Notes under the pieces: generated by a model | Databases searched by the model: none | Told to the model about the DNA's origin: nothing | The model's input: only the letters and a program-made list of their open reading frames with translations | In this document: positions 26,193 through 34,680 of the stretch, one piece after another | How positions within the stretch are numbered: the first letter of the stretch is position 1 | Layout: each line of letters begins with the position of its first letter | Translations under genes and position numbers: made by a program | Origin: a bacterium | GTDB taxonomy: Bacteria; Hydrothermota; UBA3073; JACQXS01 | Length of the DNA: 64,000 nucleotides | Direction of reading: 5' to 3' | Assembly (NCBI GenBank): GCA_030605695.1 | Contig: JAUWHX010000092.1 | Location: 996-64,995, forward strand

Positions 26193-26420
26193 TTATCCCT
26201 TCGGTGGATATGGGTCATTTCCATGACTATCAGATTCCGATATTCTCCCATCCATATTATGAATTACAAATTCAGTTCCTTGATTTCGACTAATTTCTCT
26301 TCCCTCTCTTATCGCTTCTTCTTTAGTGTCAAAATGTCCGGATGACCTATCTGCATTCTCTCTTTTTACATCCCATCCCCCATTGGGATTAGGAACTATA
26401 TGATGCTCTTTTCTTGCCAT
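26193..26420 (-). CDS. DUF2188-like small protein
   Basis: HHIVPNPNGGWDVKRENADRSSGHFDTKEEAIREGREISRNQGTEFVIH matches the DUF2188 pattern. GGAGG RBS. Confidence 0.65.
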   Translation of the reverse strand: MARKEHHIVPNPNGGWDVKRENADRSSGHFDTKEEAIREGREISRNQGTEFVIHNMDGRISESDSHGNDPYPPKG

Positions 26421-26461
26421 AATATTTCACCTCCTTTTTTGTTTTCATATTTTTGCTCATT

Positions 26462-27097
26462 TTACTCGTCTGCTAAATTCGGTATTGAGGTAATCACGAT
26501 TCCCTGAATTTGAAAATCCGTTGTCAAAACAATAGGCTTATGCTGTTCGTTTGTAGACCTGGGTTTTAATACAATTGCCTTGTCCGAAGAATGGAATTCT
26601 TTTATAGTCGCTTCATTATCAATTAAAGCAATAACGATATCTCCATTGATAGCTGTAGGTTGCTGACGCACTAAAACTAAATCCCTGTCATTTATACCTT
26701 TTTCATTCATAGAATCACCTTTAGCTCTCAACAAGAAATACCTGGATGATGGACGAGCCAATTTTGTAGACACCGGAATCATCGCCTCAATGTTTTCTTC
26801 AGCGAATATCGGCGTTCCACAAGCAACTGTACCTACTAACGGCACATCAACTGTTTGAGCCTGACCCCTATCCTCCTCTAATCCTTTCATAAATTGAAGT
26901 TTGTTGTCTGATTTGCGACGACGCAAAACGCCTTTTTTTATTAAACTATCAATAATCAAGGAGATAGAGCGTGGCGAGCGATACCTCATAGATACCATAA
27001 GCTCACGAACGGAAGGAAATTTCTCTTTGTTCACTATTGAATTTCTAATATACCGGATTGCCTCCAATTCTTTGCTTGTAAAGTCTTTATCGTTCAT
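26462..27097 (-). CDS. LexA/CI-like S24-peptidase repressor
   Basis: LexA-type wHTH (FPSVRELMVSMRYRSPRSISLIIDSL), cleavage region GTVACGTPIFAEE, Ser/Lys dyad (KGDSM, ATIKEF). Start moved to ATG 27097 on promoter evidence. Confidence 0.8.
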   Translation of the reverse strand: MNDKDFTSKELEAIRYIRNSIVNKEKFPSVRELMVSMRYRSPRSISLIIDSLIKKGVLRRRKSDNKLQFMKGLEEDRGQAQTVDVPLVGTVACGTPIFAEENIEAMIPVSTKLARPSSRYFLLRAKGDSMNEKGINDRDLVLVRQQPTAINGDIVIALIDNEATIKEFHSSDKAIVLKPRSTNEQHKPIVLTTDFQIQGIVITSIPNLADE

Positions 27098-27104
27098 TAT
27101 ACAA

Positions 27105-27132
27105 ATAATACACCATTTATATAGCTTGTCAA
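27105..27132 (-). promoter_or_regulatory. Sigma70-type promoter placing the TSS at or near the repressor ATG (leaderless mRNA)
   Basis: The minus strand reads TTGACA-16 nt-TATTAT-TTGTATA-ATG. No RBS is possible in the 7 nt before the ATG. Confidence 0.55.
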
Positions 27133-27287
27133 GTATTTTTTTGTATTTTTGAAATTTTTTCTTACCCTTTCTCAACTCTGGAGTAGAAAAATTTAGATAT
27201 ACTGAATAGATAAAGGAGGCAAGAAATTGCAGGCAAAAAATACAAAGTTTTAAATATCTTTAATGATATCCCTTATGATATCACAAA

Positions 27288-27641
27288 ATGGAAAACCGCT
27301 TTTTGATGAATCCAAGCAGAATTACTGTCATAGACCTTTATAGAATAGCTGACCTGCTTGCTCAGATAACCTGGATAGAGGAGAAGCTTGAAAAGTTGCT
27401 GGAGCAGTATGAATCCATTATCAATCCTATGTTTCAAAACCAATCCAAAGCTCAAATAGAGTTTGAAGTAGCTCATCTATCAAATACGGGCAAGTTCTTG
27501 AATAAATTAGTATTCGAGCTACACCAACAAGAAGATATAGAGACTCCATTCATAGTGGATATTGTAAGACACAAGAACAAGGCTGAACAACTTATCAGTA
27601 GAGTTTCTGAAATAATAGGTTTGGGGGCGGTTGATATTTAG
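27288..27641 (+). CDS. Hypothetical protein divergent from the repressor
   Basis: 117-aa helical ORF. TGATATC-N5-TGATATC lies directly upstream of the start. Confidence 0.45.
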   Translation: MENRFLMNPSRITVIDLYRIADLLAQITWIEEKLEKLLEQYESIINPMFQNQSKAQIEFEVAHLSNTGKFLNKLVFELHQQEDIETPFIVDIVRHKNKAEQLISRVSEIIGLGAVDI

Positions 27642-27687
27642 TGTAGAGTTTATGCGTCAAAAAATAAAACAAGGAGGTGTATAAAAA

Positions 27688-27951
27688 ATGGCTGAACCGG
27701 TAGAAGTTTTCAAATCTGGAACCGTGCAAGCATCGGTATTTCTGAACAAAGTGAAGACCAAGGAAGGAGATGAGATCGAAATTCCGACAATTAGTTTTAG
27801 AGTCAGATATAAGGATAAGAAAACTGGAGAGTGGAAGAGCACGAATAGCCTTGATGAACGCCAAATTCCGCAGGCAATTGAGGTTTTAGAAAAAAGCAGG
27901 GAATTCTTGAAGAAATTGAAGTCCCAGAAAAAAGAAGAAACACCAGAGTAA
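27688..27951 (+). CDS. Small protein, possibly a PC4/YdbC-like ssDNA-binding fold
   Basis: GGAGG RBS. ...ISFRVRYKDKKTGEWKSTNSLDERQIPQAIEVL resembles bacterial PC4-like proteins. Weak call. Confidence 0.35.
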   Translation: MAEPVEVFKSGTVQASVFLNKVKTKEGDEIEIPTISFRVRYKDKKTGEWKSTNSLDERQIPQAIEVLEKSREFLKKLKSQKKEETPE

Positions 27952-27954
27952 GTG

Positions 27955-28368
27955 CTAATATTTTTTTCTTATTTTATTCTGAAAACCGTAAGCTCTATGG
28001 TTCAAGACATTACTAATACTTCTAATAATATACGACTTGTAATTATTCCTCAGAGTAGAAGGATATACTGGAATTAAATCAAGGTTGGACTTAGCATATG
28101 CCTCTCTTTTCTTAATAATCCCTCGGTTATAATTCTGGTCGTTTTCCATACCATAATATTCCAGAACTATATGATAGTCTGTTAAATAAAAATCAGGGTA
28201 GTAAATCCTGGTCTTTGACTGTTTATCCTTGACCAAGAGTCCCTTTTCATACTCAAAAGGAATACCATATTCATTAAGAAGTTGTGCAATCTTCCTCTCT
28301 CCTTCAGACTTATAAGAGCTCTTTTGGATGTGGGACTCCAGATTATCATTATCCCCTTTATCACTCAT
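27955..28368 (-). CDS. PD-(D/E)xK / Vsr-like endonuclease-fold protein
   Basis: GERKIAQLLNEYGIPFEYEK...RIYYPDFYL...HIVLEYYG fits E...PDF...hhEhxG. The ATG overlaps the upstream stop (ATGA). Confidence 0.5.
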   Translation of the reverse strand: MSDKGDNDNLESHIQKSSYKSEGERKIAQLLNEYGIPFEYEKGLLVKDKQSKTRIYYPDFYLTDYHIVLEYYGMENDQNYNRGIIKKREAYAKSNLDLIPVYPSTLRNNYKSYIIRSISNVLNHRAYGFQNKIRKKY

Positions 28369-29618
28369 TTTCTCAACTTCTTGAATTCTCTGAACTCACG
28401 CTTTGTTATTTTAATCATAAGGTCTTCCAGAACTTTCATCTGCTTGCAAATTCTGAGAATTCCATACTCATATCGTATTGCTTCATTTATCCATTTCTTG
28501 GAATCTTCAGTCTTCCCTGCATTCAAATTGACAATTACCATTTTCAAGGAATATGTAAAATCTTTATCATATTCTTCTATCTTTTTCTCAAAATACCTTA
28601 GTTTCTCCTCGCACCCTAACTTGGCACGCTGTTCTGTAATAGTTATCCTCAGTTTCTTCTTCAGATTATCAGGTAATTTTCTATATCTTTCCCTCAATGA
28701 CTCAAATACTCTTAAATCAAACCTCATTAGCTTAGTATCAATATCTTTCAGAGCAGCCAATAAACGAGTAGCTTCATGTTCCCTGGGAACAATATCAGCA
28801 ATTTTCTGCGAAATAAGCCTTCTACCTTCTGCTGAGCCTCCATGCTCATCTGTAATTTTCATAATCTCCTGCAGGTCTCGGATAATTTTCTTGCTTTCCT
28901 TCATCTCTTTTTTAGTAATCCTTTCCAGTCGACTACGAATTATCGCTTTTTCCTGTTTTTCTTCTTTAGGAAGCCTGAGGTCTCTGGCAGTCTCAACTGG
29001 CTGTTTCACCTTCCTCGCAAGTGTTCTCATTGCCTCCTCACTTCTTGGAAAAAGTGCTCTGACTCCTTGAAATAATGCAATAAATACAGCTATCAATAAA
29101 ATACTGTGCAAAAAAGCTGTCCACTCATTTTTCTGCATCCAATCAAAAATATTTGGTGAAACAGCTCTCATAGAAAAATAAAGCATTACAACAGTTGCTG
29201 AACTTGAGAGTGTCCTATTTGCTGTCAGTCTCTGTAATCCCTGGAATATGGTTATACCTATAAGGATGGTGAATATACCAGCAGCCACAGGGCCAAAAGA
29301 CCGAAGAGACCATCCCATCTGACGCTCCATTAGTACAAGGGAAATAGCCAGGACAATACCGACTCCTGTAACTATTGCTCTTCCGCCACGATTCTCTCCA
29401 AACATCTTGCCCAGAGTCACTTTGGCTATACCGACAAAAATCACGAGATAGATTGCCAGATCCCATACCGTGCTGTATTTGTCATAGGCTCTTGCAATAT
29501 CCAGCCCTGCAAGTGGGGCGAATAGCTGGTCCAGAATATTTTGGGCACTGACCTCTGGGATAAAAACTGGAACTAATATAAATAGGCACAGAATTGCAAG
29601 TATCACCACTTTTTTCAT
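28365..29618 (-). CDS. Membrane protein: signal peptide, about 4 TM helices and a roughly 215-aa charged helical domain
   Basis: MKKVVILAILCLFILVPVFIPEVSA, hydrophobic helices to about aa 200, then a K/E/R-rich coiled-coil-like region. No family recognised. Confidence 0.55.
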   Translation of the reverse strand: MKKVVILAILCLFILVPVFIPEVSAQNILDQLFAPLAGLDIARAYDKYSTVWDLAIYLVIFVGIAKVTLGKMFGENRGGRAIVTGVGIVLAISLVLMERQMGWSLRSFGPVAAGIFTILIGITIFQGLQRLTANRTLSSSATVVMLYFSMRAVSPNIFDWMQKNEWTAFLHSILLIAVFIALFQGVRALFPRSEEAMRTLARKVKQPVETARDLRLPKEEKQEKAIIRSRLERITKKEMKESKKIIRDLQEIMKITDEHGGSAEGRRLISQKIADIVPREHEATRLLAALKDIDTKLMRFDLRVFESLRERYRKLPDNLKKKLRITITEQRAKLGCEEKLRYFEKKIEEYDKDFTYSLKMVIVNLNAGKTEDSKKWINEAIRYEYGILRICKQMKVLEDLMIKITKREFREFKKLRK

Positions 29619-29740
29619 TCTGATGGTTAGAATACATTTCTACTATAATAATTTTGCGGTTTTTAAGCGGATTCTGGAAGAAAGTTTTTTATATGATTGA
29701 TGTTTTATGAGTGCAGTGGAATTTATGAGTGGAGATAAAG

Positions 29741-30832
29741 ATGGATATTGAGGACTACCTTGCTAAGAGAATGAAACTCGCTAAAGCTCACCGGAATAAG
29801 ATAAAGGACTTCAAGGTATTTGACTTTAATTATATTCCTGCGAAACCGATTATGAGAGAAGAAATTAAGCCTGTGATTGATGCTATGGTTATGTATCAAA
29901 AAGCTTGTCTGAGCCACTCGGCACTTTTGGTGGGGTCAAAAGGAAGCGGCAAAACTCTTATGGTCAAGTACCTTCAGAGACTCTTTGAAAATAAAATAGG
30001 TCTTACAGTCAAGTATGCTAATTGTAGAAGTAACAACACTTCTTTCAAAATTATTGCCCATCTTACCAATTCCAGGGCAAGAGGGTGCTCTCTTTCAGAA
30101 CTATGGAAAAGGTTTGAAGAGATGTATCCAGGCAAAACTGTTGTTATTCTTGATGAAATAGACCTTATTTCTCCTAAAGATAGAAATAAAGACATTCTCT
30201 ACTTGCTAAGTAGAAGCGAAAATAACTATATGACCATCATCCTGTCAAATAACCCAAAATTCTTGTATGAGCTTGATGCACCTACAAGAAGCTCATTACA
30301 GCCTGAGATTATTTATTTTAAGAACTATGATGCCTTACAGATGTTTGAGATACTGAAAGCACGAGCTACAGAAGGAATCAGGAAGCTTTCGGCAGGAATA
30401 TTAAAGAAAATCAGTGCACTCACAGTTCAGAACACAAACTCTGATGTGAGGGTAGCTATAAAGACATTACTATATTCAGTTATAGAATCCAACAAGAGTA
30501 CCCAAGAAAACTTTGAGAATGCTCAGCGTGATATAGTAATTGATATGATAAATGACCTTAATGACAAGAATATTCTGGCTTTGAAGGCAACATCCGCAGA
30601 CAGAAAAAAGTTTGTTAAAGATGTCTACAAGGGATATGTAAAGCTAAGCAACCTCCACAAGGAGAAAGCATTCTCATATGTCCATTTTTATAATAATTTA
30701 AGCTATTTACAATCTCTGGGGCTAATATTACTTGTTTCTACCAAGGTAAATCGTGCCTACACATACAGAATATCCTTATTATTCGATGAGCAGGTTCTTA
30801 ACAGTGTTTATTCTATGCGTTTTGGTAGGTAG
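29741..30832 (+). CDS. Orc1/Cdc6-type AAA+ ATPase with a C-terminal winged helix
   Basis: FDFNYIPAKPIMREEIKPVIDAM...ALLVGSKGSGKTLMV (Walker A), VVILDEIDLI (Walker B), ILYLLSR...IILSNN, NSDVRVAIKTL. The WH-like tail reads SYVHFYNNLSYLQSLGLILLV. Start at ATG 29741 after GGAG. Confidence 0.75.
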   Translation: MDIEDYLAKRMKLAKAHRNKIKDFKVFDFNYIPAKPIMREEIKPVIDAMVMYQKACLSHSALLVGSKGSGKTLMVKYLQRLFENKIGLTVKYANCRSNNTSFKIIAHLTNSRARGCSLSELWKRFEEMYPGKTVVILDEIDLISPKDRNKDILYLLSRSENNYMTIILSNNPKFLYELDAPTRSSLQPEIIYFKNYDALQMFEILKARATEGIRKLSAGILKKISALTVQNTNSDVRVAIKTLLYSVIESNKSTQENFENAQRDIVIDMINDLNDKNILALKATSADRKKFVKDVYKGYVKLSNLHKEKAFSYVHFYNNLSYLQSLGLILLVSTKVNRAYTYRISLLFDEQVLNSVYSMRFGR

Positions 30833-30991
30833 AGTGTGCACAGTTTATGCGTCAGCACAGATTTTGGATGCAGGTATGTTTGCAAATTTTATACTATATC
30901 TTTCAATATAGAAAATAATAATATAATAAAAAAAGAAAACCTAACATTTTATTATTTAGTTTCACGTGTAAACTCCACACACACTCTTAAG

Positions 30992-31276
30992 TTAGGACTC
31001 TTGGTCTTGCACACAGACTACATAAATTCTTTTGATACAAGCTTTGTTCATTGGCTCGGTCTTGTTAAAGCAGGCAGGGTCAATTTCCCTGTAGACCATA
31101 ACAGTGCTGTTTGGACTGTATGTCTTGCAGAGGTCCATATCAACTTCTAAACACCTATTCGTTGATACGAGTATTATTGTAGCATGAATTGCCAGAATTA
31201 TTGAGAACACCAATATTAGAAGTAGTAATTTTCTTGTAATATCTTCCCTGAGCCACTTATGGAGACGTTTCTTCAT
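30992..31276 (-). CDS. Possible small single-pass membrane protein
   Basis: 94-aa ORF with an N-terminal TM helix (LLLLILVFSIILAIHATIILV). No clear RBS. It lies in an otherwise non-coding AT-rich gap. Confidence 0.3.
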   Translation of the reverse strand: MKKRLHKWLREDITRKLLLLILVFSIILAIHATIILVSTNRCLEVDMDLCKTYSPNSTVMVYREIDPACFNKTEPMNKACIKRIYVVCVQDQES

Positions 31277-31599
31277 GCAAGTTCAGAATATGCACAAATA
31301 TATAAGCTTTTTGTTAGAATATAGCTCAAACGCCAAATAAAGCCTGCTGAGGCATTTTTTCTTATGGGGTAATATTCTGTGATACCTTTGAAAATTCAAA
31401 TAGCAAGAAAAGAAAGGGGGTTCCGCACCTCCCCCAAAGAAAAGAAAAAACTTGCAATTTTCAAAATTATAATTAATAATTAAATGCAAACATTGCAAGC
31501 AAGAACAACTCATAGGTAATCATATAGAATGGATTAAATATCATATTAAGAGGTCTGGATAGATGTCCCAAAAAAGTATAAAAAAATAGAGGAATAAAT

Positions 31600-34500
31600 A
31601 TGTCTGCTTTAGACAAGGATACAAAATTAGAATTTCCTCACGTGTTGGTAATAGATGCTTCGGCAGGCTCAGGCAAGACTCATACATTAACACAGAGATT
31701 TGTTCAACTTATTCTATCAAATCAGATATCCCGAAACGAACTGGCAAACGTTTTAGCAATCACATTTACCAACAATGCGGCGAGAGAGATGAAAGAAAGG
31801 ATTCTCAATTGGCTCAAGAAACTTGCTTTTGACGAAGACTGTGACGAAAAAAGCCAGACACTTGAACTTGTTGACATAACTTCTCAAGAATTGTCTCAGA
31901 AGGCCACGAAAGCAGTTGAGAATATCCTCAACAGATATTCTGATTTTCATATCCAGACCATAGACAGCTTTATGAGCCAGGTTCTGCGTTCATCCGTGAT
32001 TGAACTGAAGTTACCTCCAGGAGTTGAAGTTACGAAAGCTTACGATAACCTGCTTGACTACACCCTGTCGGTTATGTTAAAGGAGGTTGGCAAGGGTACG
32101 GATAAGTCTCTTGAAAAGGAAATCCAGGAGTTCCTTGATTTGCTGATTCAGGAGAAAGGAAGCTTTCCCTGGAGAGCGGTTGAAGCAGTTAGAAACACAT
32201 TTAACGATTTCCTTGTAAAGGAAGGAAAGGTATTAGAGGAAATAACCTTTGAAGATAAAAGAAATGCAATTAACGAGAGATTTGCTATAGTGACGGAGCT
32301 TTGGGAAAAGTTCTCGACTATGGGAATTGCTGATAAAATCAAGAAAAGCATTAAAACTGCCATTGAAGATAAAAATATAAAAACATTTATTGAAAAGTAC
32401 TCGCAAAATCTTCCCAGACTTAAGAATAACCAGGAAGCTTGCCAATCGTGGGCTGACTTGGCTCCTGTGGTGACAGAAATGGCAGAGTATTTCTCTGTAT
32501 CAAGGTACTATCATTATGGTCAGTTGTATAAGCGGTTTAAGAACTTGCTTGATAGGGTCAAACGGGAGAAAGAAATCATACATATCAATGATATTAACAA
32601 ATCGCTTTCTCATTATATAAGGAAAGAAACAGTTCCAGAAATTTACTACCGACTTGGTGATGTTCTGTATCACTTTTTGATTGATGAATTTCAAGATACT
32701 GACAGGGTTCAATGGGAAAATATGAAACCTCTTATTGAGGAGAGTCTTTCCAAGGAGGGCTCTCTTTTTACCGTTGGCGACTTGAAGCAGGCAATTTATA
32801 TGTTCAGAAACGCTGATTACAAGATAATGAGAGAAGTGGTGAAGGAAGTAGTAGCCCGGGATAATATAGGTGAGATGTATCTCCCACGCAGTGCAATTCA
32901 GAATGCGAGGGTGATTCCGCTTAAAGAAAACTATCGTTGTGGAGAAGTGATTTTGGATTATGTAGAAGGAATATTTAAGAACAAAGTGAATGGGTTAGTA
33001 GGAACTGAATTCCTCAGGGAAGATAGAACAGGACTGACGCGGTACATTCAGAATCCTTCGAAGGGCAGAAAAGGAAAGGGCTATGTGGAGACGAGAATTA
33101 TAAGTGGCGATGATGAGAATGCTGAAAAAGTTGCCTTGCTTGAAATCCTGAATGACATCATAAAAAGAAGATATAATTACAAGGACATTGCTATTCTTGC
33201 CAGAAAGAATGCCGAAATTGAAAAAATTGTGGAATGGCTCACAGAAAGTAGCATCCCGGCAGCTTCCTATAGTTCACTGGATATAAGACAGCGAAAAATC
33301 ATTATGGAAATTGTCCATTTGCTAAAGTTTCTTGATTCTCCAATAGATAATCTGGCTTTTGGAACTTTTATATTGGGTGATGTTTTTACAGAAGCTGTGG
33401 GAGCTACTTCACGGAAACTGGAGACAAATGCCATTTGCGATTTCATTTTCAAAGCATCCCATGAGGAAGGACAATCAGAGTATTTGTATATTAAATTCAA
33501 AGAATCCGAGAAATTCAAGGGTTTATGGAACACATTTTTTGAGGATATTTTCAACAAGGTTGGTTATTACCCTATATACGATCTTGTTTCACTAATTTAT
33601 AGGACATTTCGTGTTTTTGAGAATTTCCAAGAAGAAACAGGTTTTCTCTTGAAATTCCTTGAAACTGTGGGGGTTATTGAGTCAAAAGGAATGAACAGTA
33701 TAAAGGATTTGATACAAATGGTGGAAGAAGATAATGATGAATCCGTTTTTAGTATCGTTCTTCCTGATTACATAGATGCAGTTAAAGTGATGACATTTCA
33801 TAAATCAAAAGGGCTTGGCTTCCCTGTTGTAATTAATATGTTATATGATAGTGGAAGTAAAAAGGACTACACTTTCTTTCAAAAATATGGGGACGAATTG
33901 CGGCAGTATTACATAATCAAAGCTTTTACTGAAAAATCCGAGAGATTGAAGAATATATATGAAGAACACCGGTTGGATGAGAGAATCGAGTTTCTAAATT
34001 GCCTCTATGTCACAAATACACGGGCGCAAGAAGAATTATACAATATAGTGAAACGGAAAGAGAAAATTGATAATCCTTGCCTGGGTCTATTTGAGGAATA
34101 CAGCGATGGAGCGAAAAGAAAGTTTGCAACTAAGCCTCCAGTTGCACAACCTGAAAGTGTAACGCTTCCTGAGAAGGTGGAGGTCGAATTTGTCGGTGAG
34201 GAAAGAGAAGACTGGTCGATCGGAAGATTACTGGAGACAAAAAGGGGAGAGTTCTTCCATGAAGTTTTGGCCCAAATTGAGTATTTGCAGGATGAGATTG
34301 AAGTTACAGTTGATAAGCTTGTTGAAGATACGCAGAAAAACAGGAAAGAGTCATATGACTTGGGGGAAGTCAAGAAGATACTTCTCCGATTCTTGAATAT
34401 AGAAAGTGTGAGAGGATGGTTTCAAGCACAATCAGACAGGGAGATTCAAACAGAAGTGGAATATAGTGATGAACAAGGTGTGCTTTATAGGCTTGATAGA

Positions 34501-34680
34501 GTCATCATAGACATAGATAAGATAACAATAGTTGATTTCAAAACAGGTGAGGAAAAGATGAGCCATTATCGTACGCAAGTGAAGAATTATGTTAAGGTAG
34601 TCAAGAAGCTCGTTCCTCAAAAAGAGGTTAAGGGATACTTAGGATTTATAGATACCTTGGAAGTCGAAGAAGTAAAATGA
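31600..34680 (+). CDS. addA: AddA-type UvrD-family helicase with a C-terminal RecB-like nuclease
   Basis: ASAGSGKTHTL, TFTNNAAREM, TIDSF, LIDEFQDTD, VGDLKQAIYMFRNA, ENYRC, TFHKSKGLGFPVV, YVTNTRAQEEL. The nuclease part has GEFFHEVL, LDRVIIDIDKITIVDFKTGE and YRTQVKNY. Confidence 0.85.
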   Translation: MSALDKDTKLEFPHVLVIDASAGSGKTHTLTQRFVQLILSNQISRNELANVLAITFTNNAAREMKERILNWLKKLAFDEDCDEKSQTLELVDITSQELSQKATKAVENILNRYSDFHIQTIDSFMSQVLRSSVIELKLPPGVEVTKAYDNLLDYTLSVMLKEVGKGTDKSLEKEIQEFLDLLIQEKGSFPWRAVEAVRNTFNDFLVKEGKVLEEITFEDKRNAINERFAIVTELWEKFSTMGIADKIKKSIKTAIEDKNIKTFIEKYSQNLPRLKNNQEACQSWADLAPVVTEMAEYFSVSRYYHYGQLYKRFKNLLDRVKREKEIIHINDINKSLSHYIRKETVPEIYYRLGDVLYHFLIDEFQDTDRVQWENMKPLIEESLSKEGSLFTVGDLKQAIYMFRNADYKIMREVVKEVVARDNIGEMYLPRSAIQNARVIPLKENYRCGEVILDYVEGIFKNKVNGLVGTEFLREDRTGLTRYIQNPSKGRKGKGYVETRIISGDDENAEKVALLEILNDIIKRRYNYKDIAILARKNAEIEKIVEWLTESSIPAASYSSLDIRQRKIIMEIVHLLKFLDSPIDNLAFGTFILGDVFTEAVGATSRKLETNAICDFIFKASHEEGQSEYLYIKFKESEKFKGLWNTFFEDIFNKVGYYPIYDLVSLIYRTFRVFENFQEETGFLLKFLETVGVIESKGMNSIKDLIQMVEEDNDESVFSIVLPDYIDAVKVMTFHKSKGLGFPVVINMLYDSGSKKDYTFFQKYGDELRQYYIIKAFTEKSERLKNIYEEHRLDERIEFLNCLYVTNTRAQEELYNIVKRKEKIDNPCLGLFEEYSDGAKRKFATKPPVAQPESVTLPEKVEVEFVGEEREDWSIGRLLETKRGEFFHEVLAQIEYLQDEIEVTVDKLVEDTQKNRKESYDLGEVKKILLRFLNIESVRGWFQAQSDREIQTEVEYSDEQGVLYRLDRVIIDIDKITIVDFKTGEEKMSHYRTQVKNYVKVVKKLVPQKEVKGYLGFIDTLEVEEVK

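Noticed and set aside
26462-27175. Full 237-aa version of the LexA/CI-like ORF
   Set aside because: The extra 26 Lys-rich residues would be encoded across a consensus -35/-10 promoter. ATG 27097 begins the recognisable wHTH domain.
28282-29070. 262-aa and other plus-strand ORFs antisense to the membrane-protein gene
   Set aside because: They have low-complexity Ser/Leu/Phe-rich translations and no RBS. The minus-strand frame has a signal peptide, TM helices and translational coupling to the next gene.
27647-30854. Shared 13-mer AGTTTATGCGTCA just after two plus-strand stop codons (27647-27659 and 30842-30854)
   Set aside because: By rough count, tens of exact 13-mer coincidences are expected by chance in a 64-kb AT-rich window on both strands, and the flanking similarity is weak. 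I noted it but do not treat it as an att or ORB site.
31283-31513. 76-aa minus-strand ORF in the Orc1-addA gap
   Set aside because: The translation is Cys/Phe-rich, there is no RBS, and it spans a G5/C5 hairpin and a pure A/T tract. More likely non-coding.
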